A stretch of DNA of 64,000 nt, taken from Candidatus Amoebophilus sp. 36-38. GTDB taxonomy: Bacteria; Bacteroidota; Bacteroidia; Cytophagales; Amoebophilaceae. A model generated the notes under the pieces. That model was given only the letters and a program-made list of their open reading frames with translations. It made no database searches and was not told the origin of the DNA. Shown here piece after piece: positions 27,132-36,346 of this stretch. Position numbers and translations under genes: made by a program. The stretch lies in contig MKUM01000066.1 of NCBI GenBank assembly GCA_001897825.1, positions 8,687 to 72,686 of the forward strand, in the 5' to 3' direction. Each line of letters begins with the position of its first letter. Within the stretch, counting starts at the first letter, position 1.

Positions 27132-28583
27132 ATGAAAAATCTATACAACCCTTTCAGCAAGTATCAAAGATTAATTGCACAGTTATTATTATTCGTTTTG
27201 GTTTTGGAAAGTTGTGATTATTCCTCCACTCCTCTTCATCTCCAATCAAAGTTAGGAAAGCATGATGAAGAAAAGGAAACAGGGGAGCTATATACGAAAG
27301 AAGTAATAGATGGTTTATCTAAACATTTAGAAGCATTTATAGAAGCAAATAAAAATACAATATCCTACGAAGCGCAAATAGCCTCTGCTGAAAAGCGGAT
27401 AGACTTTTATACAAGTCAAATTGCATCAATAGATCCAAAGCAAAAAATAAAAAATGAAGAACAAATTCTACCTCTCCAAAAACAATTAAATAACTACAAC
27501 CAACAGAGTAGAAAATTGAAAGAACAAAGAGCAGAAATCCAACGTAAACTCGATGCGCTAACAAAAGAAAAGGAAGTGCTAGATACCGATGAAGATATCT
27601 GTTATTGGGAACAAGATTTTACCACCGCCTGGGAGAAGGGGGGAATGGAATGCTTGAAGGTAAATTTGAGTATCAAGGAATTCCTTTTAGTAAAGTAGAA
27701 AGATGTAATGTAGAACCACAGCGTGGAACTAACGTAGGTGAATTTCTTGATAAAAGTGAAAGCATAGACAAGATGAGGGGTAGTTATCGAGTAATTTATA
27801 AGCTTGATACAAAATTTATGAAATTTGCGACATCATCGAAATCACCCTACTCAAAAGATAATGATAGATTTAGAAGAGAAATAATAAAGCAAATAAAAAT
27901 CCGGATTTATATTAAAAAGAAAGACCAATCTAATAACAAGATACGCATTGAACAGATTAATCAAGAGTTATTGCAACAACAAAGGCACATAGAAGCATAT
28001 AATCAAGAAATAGAAGAAGTAGAAAATTCTCGTAAAACCACCGAGGCATTAATTGACCATTATACTACTGATTTAGAAAATCAAAAAACCAGATTTTAAA
28101 TAGAAAAAAATATTTGAAAGACGAGCTTCGCAGAATAGAACGAGAAAAACAAGAAGCAATAGCAAAAAAGGCAGAACAAGAGAAAATAAAAGAAAATGCA
28201 GCAGCATATTTAAGCCAAAGAGAAGGCTTAATGTCTTCGATTTGCAACTCAATTTCACATAACATAGTCCAGGCAGATAAATTTGAGAAATATTTCCAAG
28301 ATTATAAGGCAATCATAGAACAGGGCCCTGATGCTATTCTTCCTTACTTGAAACAGACTGTCCAGCACTTTTAGACGACCCCATAAGCCAAACTATAATG
28401 GAAGACGCTGTTATAATTCCCTGTGGCCATACTTTTAGCCAACGAGAATTATTAGACTGGCTAAAAAGGGAAAAAAGCTGCCCAACCTGTAGAAAGTCTG
28501 TAACTGAAGATGAGGTTATACCTAACTTAATTTTACGAGAAATTATAGAAAATGTTAAAAACGGTAAAAAAAAGGATACTTAG
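27132..28583 (+). pseudogene. Coiled-coil lipoprotein with C-terminal U-box (E3 ubiquitin-ligase-like) domain, split by three frameshifts
   Basis: Fragments are 27132-27698 (frame 0), 27605-28099 (frame 2), 28072-28374 (frame 1) and 28332-28583 (frame 0). The U-box motif LLDDPISQTIMEDAVIIPCGHTFSQRELLDWL..CPTCRK..VIPNLILREII begins upstream of the ATG of the last ORF. Confidence 0.7.
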
Positions 28584-28765
28584 ATTAAGTAACCTGGGTG
28601 CCAACCTCCCATCCTGACGCAAACGTCCACGCTTGTGCCTAAAACAAAGTAAATTTAGAAACCTTGTACTTAATAAGGCTAAATTTTAGAAAGAACAAAT
28701 ACTGTCATGGAAGCACAAGCCAAGAGGCTTGCGCTATTATATGGAAAAGAAAACAACCTAACAAT

Positions 28766-31267
28766 TTACTCAAAATCAAAATACTCTTCTTTAGATAGCT
28801 CTTTGGTACGTTTAGGCAACCCCTTACCTTGCAAAATTTCTCCTAATATATTTCTCTGTTTTTTTAAACTTTCCTTTAAATTTGCTTTAAATAAGGCATT
28901 ATCATAACTCAAGTTGTAATGATGTATATTCCCTTCTAGTTTCAAGTATAAGTTAAGTCCAGCTAATGCCTCTTCATTTATCTCTGGTAATTGTCGTCTA
29001 ATTTCTTTTGAAGTAGCATGTTGTAAAGGGACAATTAGATTATACTGGATATCTCCATCAAACGTGTGCGTGCCAGACAACTGAATGCTAGTAACACTGG
29101 TATGAACTTCCATGGGAGGAATATAAATCGTTTTATTTTTGACATGTATATTATTCTTTAAGCTTGAAAAATGAAGGTATTTTAATTCTTTTTCCGATAC
29201 ATAAGGAGTCAAGCGTTGAAGTGGTTCAAAGTTCTGCAAGATACCTTTGTCTAACTGTATGGATATATTTGCTAATACTGATTCTCTATCGATATAAAAA
29301 TTTTTGTCTGCTTGCATCGTAAGATCTATTTCTGACCATATACGCCCATCTAAGTGTTTATTTTCTAAAAAATCTTGATGAAAATTTTCGAACGTATAAA
29401 ATAAAGTAGGCAACTGCACATTTTGTAAGCTAGCATGGGTATGTATTTGTATACGATCAGACTTTGTATCTATGGTACCTGTTAACCAACTTTTACCACC
29501 TGCAAATCCTAATTCTACAGAATCTGCAACAAGTTGCTGTTCATCAATTCTAAGTTTGCCACGTAGTTTATCTCCACGAAACCGCTTATAAACTATTTCT
29601 CCCACATCACATACCAGCTCTCCTGCTAAATAAGGTAGAATCGCTAGGTATTTGGCAGATGTAGTATCTGGATCATCTGATACGAATAGCTTGGACAATT
29701 CTATATACTCCGCATATAACTTAGCATCAACATACAGGTTGTCTTCCTTCTTCAACAAAAATTTAAGCCAGTTAGTAAGTTTACCTGTCAATACAAAGGG
29801 CTTTCCTTCTATTTGACCTGCTAATTCTTTGAAATGCAATACATCATTTTCTACTAGCAACGAGGAAGCATCTTGTAACTGCAACAAATTTTGATTATAA
29901 ACAACTTGTATACCACGACTATCAAGCTGACCTTTCAGACTAGGTAGTGATCGTTTATCAGCAGCATATAATAAATCATATAAGCTACCCTCCAAGTCAA
30001 CATATCCTACTAGCTGGCCTTGTAAACCGTTATTTATAGATGGATGTGAAGCTGGAGCCAAACTAGGTAAATCAATTACAACGTTAGTATGGTTTTGCAA
30101 CCATAATTTTTTTAAGTCAGTTAGCTTCATATGGCCCGTAAAGTGGCTATCTCCCCATCTAGCTCTGTATTCATCTATTTGTAAGTTTGCGAGATCTAAC
30201 GTAGTAAGATTCGGGATATACAGCTTACCCATAAGGTGCTCTAGCTGAAACGGCTGCTTCAGACCTGTAGGTAATAAACTAATTTTGTCAATTTTAAAAT
30301 CAGTAGTAATAGACACATCCTTTTTAGGTTGTTTTATAAGATGGATTTGGCAGATTAAGTTCCCTTGCACCTGGTAATCGGTTGTACGCTGACGATAAGA
30401 AATTGGTAGCCAGCGTAAAATATGTGGAATAGCTAGTCGGTCTGTACTAATTTGTAAATCAATGAATGGTTCAGCTACCTGGTTAGACCAAACACCTTGA
30501 AAACGGATATTACTTTCATCCTCCCTGATCCTACCATGCTGCAACCTGTATAGTTGTTTAGCAATATCATATTGTACACGGGCATTAATGGATGTAGGTA
30601 CATCGGACTCATACATGATATTTTTATATTTAATCTGTTGGATGACCACATTCCCAACAACGTGCATGGATAGATCTTTTATGTTGAGGTTACATGCAAC
30701 TTGTAACTGTTGCGCATAGACAACATACCGTTGGTCAGGTAAGCTAGTTGCATACACACATTTTACTTGATTCAGAACAACCTTTTTAAGATTAACAGGC
30801 AACACTAAATGAGATGGTTTAAAGTCTGCTTGCTCCCTCTCAGCCACTGTTTTATGTAAAACTTGTTTTTGCTTTTGCTGAGCCTCCAAAGACAAGGTAC
30901 CTTGCTCGACACAAAGTTCATGTAATATGTATTGCCCTTGTAGGAGATCATGTATGTTAAATACGCAATCGACTTTATTGGCAACTAATATATTTTTAGA
31001 ATTTTGTTGTGAATCTTGAATGACTACATCTTGCAGTAAAAGACTCAATCTAGGAAAATCTCTAAACAGACTAAGTTGAATATTCTTAGCTTGAATGGAA
31101 TACGATAACTGAGACGTGGCTGCTTGGAAAGCTCTTGCTATAATTTGTTCTTGGTAGTTGTAGATATATACTCCGGTTGCTAGCAAAAAACATAGAAGAA
31201 CAAAAAATAAGGTGACTAAGCTTTTGTAAATAACTTTTAAAACCTTTTTCATAGAAGACGCAATCAA
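28766..31267 (-). CDS. AsmA-family outer-membrane assembly protein
   Basis: 833 aa. Single N-terminal TM segment (likely start MKKVLKV at 31252), then a long beta-rich body with an AsmA-like N-terminal motif (IQLSLFRDFPRLSLLLQDVVIQD). Confidence 0.7.
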   Translation of the reverse strand: MIASSMKKVLKVIYKSLVTLFFVLLCFLLATGVYIYNYQEQIIARAFQAATSQLSYSIQAKNIQLSLFRDFPRLSLLLQDVVIQDSQQNSKNILVANKVDCVFNIHDLLQGQYILHELCVEQGTLSLEAQQKQKQVLHKTVAEREQADFKPSHLVLPVNLKKVVLNQVKCVYATSLPDQRYVVYAQQLQVACNLNIKDLSMHVVGNVVIQQIKYKNIMYESDVPTSINARVQYDIAKQLYRLQHGRIREDESNIRFQGVWSNQVAEPFIDLQISTDRLAIPHILRWLPISYRQRTTDYQVQGNLICQIHLIKQPKKDVSITTDFKIDKISLLPTGLKQPFQLEHLMGKLYIPNLTTLDLANLQIDEYRARWGDSHFTGHMKLTDLKKLWLQNHTNVVIDLPSLAPASHPSINNGLQGQLVGYVDLEGSLYDLLYAADKRSLPSLKGQLDSRGIQVVYNQNLLQLQDASSLLVENDVLHFKELAGQIEGKPFVLTGKLTNWLKFLLKKEDNLYVDAKLYAEYIELSKLFVSDDPDTTSAKYLAILPYLAGELVCDVGEIVYKRFRGDKLRGKLRIDEQQLVADSVELGFAGGKSWLTGTIDTKSDRIQIHTHASLQNVQLPTLFYTFENFHQDFLENKHLDGRIWSEIDLTMQADKNFYIDRESVLANISIQLDKGILQNFEPLQRLTPYVSEKELKYLHFSSLKNNIHVKNKTIYIPPMEVHTSVTSIQLSGTHTFDGDIQYNLIVPLQHATSKEIRRQLPEINEEALAGLNLYLKLEGNIHHYNLSYDNALFKANLKESLKKQRNILGEILQGKGLPKRTKELSKEEYFDFE

Positions 31268-31319
31268 ATCAAGTAATAATTAGCTAAGTTTTTCTTATTT
31301 TTCGATACCCTGACAACCT

Positions 31320-31347
31320 GGTGTCAAGACCGCAGTCCTGACACTCC
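31320..31347. repeat. Degenerate member of the GTGTCAGGGC hairpin family
   Basis: ggtgtcaagaccgcagtcctgacactcc. Confidence 0.5.
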
Positions 31348-31391
31348 TAATAAGCACAAGTTACTTACATAGCTCAATATAATTTTTATTC

Positions 31392-32186
31392 ATGAAACAA
31401 TATTTAGCATTACTCGAACATGTATTACAGCATGGAGAAGCAAAGAACGACAGAACTGGAACTGGGACTAAAAGCATTTTCGGTTATCAAATGCGCTTTG
31501 ATCTAAGCCAAGGCTTCCCACTCATGACGACTAAAAAGCTGCATATAAAATCGATTATTTATGAACTACTGTGGTTTTTACAGGGCAATATCAATATTGA
31601 TTATCTCAACCAGCATGGCGTGACCATCTGGGATGAATGGGCAGACGCACAAGGAAATCTAGGACCTATTTATGGCTATCAGTGGAGAAGCTGGCCTACT
31701 GCAACAGGAGGTAAAATAGACCAGATTACACAGCTCATTAAACAGATCAAAGAGCAACCAGATTCTAGAAGATTGCTGGTAAGTGCTTGGAACGTAGGTG
31801 AAATAGAGAAGATGGCCTTGCCACCTTGCCATGTCTTATTTCAATTTTACATAGGAAATGGAAAGCTTTCTTGCCAATTGTATCAACGGAGTGCTGATAT
31901 ATTTTTAGGCATCCCTTTTAATATCGCTTCTTATGCATTACTCACCAGCATGGTTGCACAAGTTTGTAATTTAAAAGTAGGTGAATTCGTACATACGCTA
32001 GGTGATGCGCATCTGTACAACAACCATATAGAACAAGCTAAACTTCAACTTACAAGAGCGCTTAGATCACTACCTATGCTGAAAATTAATCCTAACGTGA
32101 AAGATATATTTGCTTTTCAGTATGAAGATTTTTCTATTGAAAACTATAATCCTTACCCAAATATTAAGGCACCCATAGCTGTATAA
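31392..32186 (+). CDS. thyA: Thymidylate synthase
   Basis: 264 aa. Active-site [11 protein letters not shown] and DRTGTGT motifs. Confidence 0.97.
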   Translation: MKQYLALLEHVLQHGEAKNDRTGTGTKSIFGYQMRFDLSQGFPLMTTKKLHIKSIIYELLWFLQGNINIDYLNQHGVTIWDEWADAQGNLGPIYGYQWRSWPTATGGKIDQITQLIKQIKEQPDSRRLLVSAWNVGEIEKMALPPCHVLFQFYIGNGKLSCQLYQRSADIFLGIPFNIASYALLTSMVAQVCNLKVGEFVHTLGDAHLYNNHIEQAKLQLTRALRSLPMLKINPNVKDIFAFQYEDFSIENYNPYPNIKAPIAV

Positions 32187-32200
32187 TAGGTAATAGTATA

Positions 32201-32229
32201 GTGGTGTCAGGGCTAAGCCCTGGCACCAC
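32201..32229. repeat. REP-like hairpin between convergent thyA and lptB
   Basis: gtggtgtcagggctaagccctggcaccac. Confidence 0.8.
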
Positions 32230-32253
32230 CTTCAAAGTTTCCTCGTAATTTAT

Positions 32254-32985
32254 TTAGAACTTACGCTTCAATTCAAAATGTTTACCCAAATATACCATAC
32301 GCACCTGCTCATCCTCTGCCAATTCTTCTGCAGTACCCGCCTTCAGTAATCTACCTTCAAACATCAAATAAGCTCGATCTGTAATAGAAAGTGTTTCATT
32401 TACATTATGATCTGTAATAAGTATGCCAATGTTTTTATTCTTGAGCGTGGCCACCAAATGTTGTATTTCCTCTACGGCAATGGGGTCTACTCCAGCAAAA
32501 GGTTCGTCTAAAAGTACAAATTTGGGATCAACTGTTAAAGCTCTAGCGATTTCGGTTCTCCTTCTCTCCCCCCCTGAAAGAACCTTGCCCTGATTCTTTC
32601 TAATATGCGTAATGCTAAATTCTTCTAATAAAGCTTCCATCTTATCTTTTCTTTCTTGAGGCGTAAGGGTAGTATGCTGTAGAATAGCCATGAGATTTTC
32701 TTCCACAGTCAAATTCCTGAATACAGAGGCTTCTTGAGGTAAGTAGCTAATACCTAACTGTGCCCTTTTGTACATAGGCAGCTTGGTGATTTTTTGGTCA
32801 TCCAAATAAACATTGCCTTCATTGGGTTGAATTAGTCCTACCAACATATAAAAAGTAGTAGTTTTGCCAGCACCATTAGGTCCTAATAAGCCCACAATTT
32901 CTCCTTGAGATACTACAGCAGAAGCATGATTTACTACTAGGCGACCTCTATATTGTTTAACTAGATTTTCAGCTCTTAGCTCCAT
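32254..32985 (-). CDS. lptB: LPS export ABC transporter ATP-binding protein
   Basis: 243 aa. Walker [10 protein letters not shown], signature LSGGERRR, Walker [13 protein letters not shown]. LptB-like length and C-terminus. Confidence 0.88.
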   Translation of the reverse strand: MELRAENLVKQYRGRLVVNHASAVVSQGEIVGLLGPNGAGKTTTFYMLVGLIQPNEGNVYLDDQKITKLPMYKRAQLGISYLPQEASVFRNLTVEENLMAILQHTTLTPQERKDKMEALLEEFSITHIRKNQGKVLSGGERRRTEIARALTVDPKFVLLDEPFAGVDPIAVEEIQHLVATLKNKNIGILITDHNVNETLSITDRAYLMFEGRLLKAGTAEELAEDEQVRMVYLGKHFELKRKF

Positions 32986-33026
32986 AATAATTGTAATTTT
33001 CTTGAATGTTCCTAAGCTTTAAAATC

Positions 33027-33168
33027 AGACCTATTCCGAAACCGTCGCCTTGAGCCCCCTGGGTTTGTCAGTAATTGGTTCTTCATATTTATTTACTAAA
33101 GTAAACTCCGGTTTCTCACAAATTCCTTCCTGCCCAGAGAACCCAATTCTTGGTTTCAGAAGAGGTCT
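33027..33168 (+). mobile_element. MITE-like element copy C
   Basis: agacctattccgaaaccgtcgccttgag...actccggtttctcacaaattccttcctgcccag...ggtttcagaagaggtct. Confidence 0.8.
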
Positions 33169-33190
33169 ATTGATATTTGCAAAGGTACGT

Positions 33191-34906
33191 CTATATTGGT
33201 TGTAATTCTTTAATATTAAGTTGTAAATTCACCTCACCTCGGTAATTATTTTTTTCTATTGTGTATGCTATTCGAAATGGTCGATGGTCCCGAATGAATG
33301 GTTCACATTTAGCCAACCCAAACCCGATTGCCTCTACACAAGGTCCTGAATCTTCCTGTTGTATACTTAATTTAATATGATTTCCTTTAAGAACACTAAA
33401 TCTTTTAGCTATTACTGGTTCTGTTGCAAAAACAGGCTTCATATTACCATTTCCAAAAGGCGCCATTTGATTAAGAACATTATAAAATTTAGCATTAACT
33501 TTCTCAAGCAGAAGTGGCAAATCTATTTTTTGAATAGGAGTAAGCAACTCTTGTGGAATGGTGTCTGCCACCACTTGCTCAAAGCGCTCTTGAAAAGGCA
33601 CGATATTCTCTAATGGCATCGTCAACCCGGCTGCATAAGCATGTCCACCATATTGATCTAAAAGATCTGCACAAGCCGTTATGGCCTCGTAGATATTATA
33701 ACCCGCCACTGAGCGGGCAGAACCTGTAGCCTTGTTACCTGAAGCTGTTAAAATAATTGTAGGACGATAATAGTGCTCGATACACCGAGAGGCAACAATA
33801 CCAATCACTCCTTTATGCCAATCTTCTTTAAAAAGCACGGTAGTTCTGGCAGCCAATCCAAAAGCCTTTGTTTCAATCAACTGGATCGCTTCTGCTGTAA
33901 TCGTGCTATCTAAATGCCTTCTAAAGACATTCTTCTGCTCGACTTGTTGAGCTATCTGGGTAGCAGTTGCTAAATCACCAGCTAACAGCAAATCTACCGC
34001 TAAACTACCATGTCCCACTCTTCCAGCCGCATTAAGACGGGGCCCCAAACCAAATACTAATTGTGATATTTCTAGTTTACTTGGTAAGCCAGCAACTTCA
34101 ATAATTGCCTGAATACCAACAGTCGGATTCGTATTAAGCTTCTTCAGGCCATGATAAGACAATATTCTATTTTCGCCAGTTAGCGGTACCAAATCACAAG
34201 CAATACTGATGGCTACTACATCTAAATAGCTATATAAATCTTCTTGTGGAATGCCTTTTTCTAATAAAAAAGCCTGTAGAAGTTTAAATCCAACTCCACA
34301 ACCGGAAAGTTCTTTAAATGGATACGGACAATCCGTCTGTTTGGGATCTAAAATAGCATAGGCAGCAGGCAATACTTGTCCTGGCTCATGGTGATCACAA
34401 ACAATAACATCTATTCCTGCCTCCCTAGCATATTGAATGCTGTCGACAGCTTTTATACCACAGTCTAGCGTTATAATGAGTGAAATTCCAGATTCAATGG
34501 CCCAACTGATACCTTGTGTAGAAACTCCATAGCCCTCTTTATACCGATCTGGAATATAAAATTGAAGGTGATCAGCATATTGTTTAAGAAATCCATACAT
34601 CAAAGTTACAGAGGTAACTCCATCCACATCATAATCACCATAGATAAGTATATGCTCTTGCTTTTCAATGGCTTGTAAAAGTCTTCTTACTGCTTTATCC
34701 ATATCCTTCATGGAAAATGGATCATGCAAATCATCTAAAGAAGGTCTGAAGTAATTTTTAGCCTGCTCAAAATCGTTTACCCCCTTTTGAACAAGCAAAG
34801 AGGCAATACAATGATCCACATGAATCGCATTCGCTAACGAGGTAACTGGTTCATGCGCCGGTTCAGGCTGAAAAATCCATCTTTTATCCATAGTATATTG
34901 GGGCAA
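33191..34906 (-). CDS. recJ: Single-stranded-DNA-specific exonuclease RecJ
   Basis: 571 aa. DHH motifs (GDYDVDGVTS, DCG, VCDHHEP) and DHHA1 GGHAYAAG. Confidence 0.95.
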   Translation of the reverse strand: MPQYTMDKRWIFQPEPAHEPVTSLANAIHVDHCIASLLVQKGVNDFEQAKNYFRPSLDDLHDPFSMKDMDKAVRRLLQAIEKQEHILIYGDYDVDGVTSVTLMYGFLKQYADHLQFYIPDRYKEGYGVSTQGISWAIESGISLIITLDCGIKAVDSIQYAREAGIDVIVCDHHEPGQVLPAAYAILDPKQTDCPYPFKELSGCGVGFKLLQAFLLEKGIPQEDLYSYLDVVAISIACDLVPLTGENRILSYHGLKKLNTNPTVGIQAIIEVAGLPSKLEISQLVFGLGPRLNAAGRVGHGSLAVDLLLAGDLATATQIAQQVEQKNVFRRHLDSTITAEAIQLIETKAFGLAARTTVLFKEDWHKGVIGIVASRCIEHYYRPTIILTASGNKATGSARSVAGYNIYEAITACADLLDQYGGHAYAAGLTMPLENIVPFQERFEQVVADTIPQELLTPIQKIDLPLLLEKVNAKFYNVLNQMAPFGNGNMKPVFATEPVIAKRFSVLKGNHIKLSIQQEDSGPCVEAIGFGLAKCEPFIRDHRPFRIAYTIEKNNYRGEVNLQLNIKELQPI

Positions 34907-35208
34907 CTTCTTGTCTAATCCCTAATCTTGTTAAATTAACACATTTATTTACATTCATTCTCGACCAGCAGTTAGTTGTATACAAAAAATACAATTTTTA
35001 ACAAAGATAACTTCTAAATAATAATGACAAGTTACAAAACAACTGCAACAACACAGGGTAAAATACTGGGGGAAAGCTTAGGGAACTTGCTTATCATACA
35101 TAAACAGTAGCTATATTAACGTACATTGGTTAAACTTGGTAATTATTTACCTGAAGTTAGTGGATTTAAAGCCAAAATTTTACTTCATAGTTTATTTATC
35201 TACTTTCT

Positions 35209-36195
35209 ATGATATGCCATACTTTAGTAAAACAATCCATCCATACAGCCACTTGCTTTCTAATTATCTTATTAGCACCCATCCGTTGCACTTGTAACAA
35301 GCATCCCAAGCCTCCTTCAACATCTAATAGATTAGAAATTACACAACCTCCCCAACGAACTGGTATTTGGCATACATATACAGGCACTCATGAAGAAAAG
35401 AATATTCTACAAGCCACTCCCCCTTCCTATTCGCAAATTCCTCAATTGTACACTACATATGATATGTATCAGGTAAACCATGATGGTAGCTGTGGTTTTC
35501 GTGCTTTTCTGCCTATCTTATTGAATGAAATCTTAGTAGATAAGAAGTGGAAATCTTGGTTGGAGAATTTACGCACTACTATTTATGAGTTAGCTAAGCA
35601 GATCGTAGAAACTGTAGACTTAACAAACACCAAGTATATGGAAATTAGACCTACTGATGATCCAGATAAGCTCATTCAGGACACAAAGGACTTATTACAA
35701 AAATTAGATGTAGAACCAACAGCTAGAAAATTGGAAGAAACAGAAATTCAACTACTGGTTAAATTCATGCGGCAAATAATGCTAATGAATTTTGTTATTC
35801 ATAGTTATAATGAAATAGTGAAAGGAAATAGTAATTCGTTTAATATTTCAAAATTTGAAGAACAATTTTCAAAAAGTTTGACCGGCATCAATAGAACAAA
35901 TAATTTCATTAAAGAATTTTGGGTAGAAGGCATAGATTTCATAATTTTTGGTATACCTTACTTCTTACTAATAGATCCTGACATCGATTCTGATAATGAT
36001 AAAAAAATTTTTTCTTGTCTCTATTTCTTACCTCCCGACAATACATTTCCCGACTTTGATAGATCTGATTTATCCTTTGAAGCTCGCTTATCAACTTCAA
36101 AATTTCCAGACTTTATTACTCCATCTATTATTATGTACCAACATGGACAAAACGGAATCATGTTCGAATATTTAGTACCTAAAGACAAGAAGTAG
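35209..36195 (+). CDS. OTU-like cysteine protease (putative deubiquitinase) with lipoprotein-type leader
   Basis: NHDGSCGFRAF matches the OTU catalytic D-G-x-C-x-F-R-A motif. A candidate His lies near the C-terminus (YQHGQNG). Leader is FLIILLAPIRC. Confidence 0.45.
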   Translation: MICHTLVKQSIHTATCFLIILLAPIRCTCNKHPKPPSTSNRLEITQPPQRTGIWHTYTGTHEEKNILQATPPSYSQIPQLYTTYDMYQVNHDGSCGFRAFLPILLNEILVDKKWKSWLENLRTTIYELAKQIVETVDLTNTKYMEIRPTDDPDKLIQDTKDLLQKLDVEPTARKLEETEIQLLVKFMRQIMLMNFVIHSYNEIVKGNSNSFNISKFEEQFSKSLTGINRTNNFIKEFWVEGIDFIIFGIPYFLLIDPDIDSDNDKKIFSCLYFLPPDNTFPDFDRSDLSFEARLSTSKFPDFITPSIIMYQHGQNGIMFEYLVPKDKK

Positions 36196-36346
36196 AATAC
36201 GTTTATCTTTTAAAATCTCTTTGTTATAGATATTTCCTCCCTTATATATTTTCTGCTACCTTTGTCTTACCTATATTGCTTGGTGCCTTTCGCAACACAC
36301 ATGCAGATATAGCGCTTACACTACTAAGATAATTTCCATAAGATTT

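Noticed and set aside
28707-28907. 66-aa plus-strand ORF overlapping the 3' end of the asmA-family gene
   Set aside because: It mostly overlaps a long, well-supported gene on the other strand and has no motif. Its 5' part is built from the small hairpin repeat.
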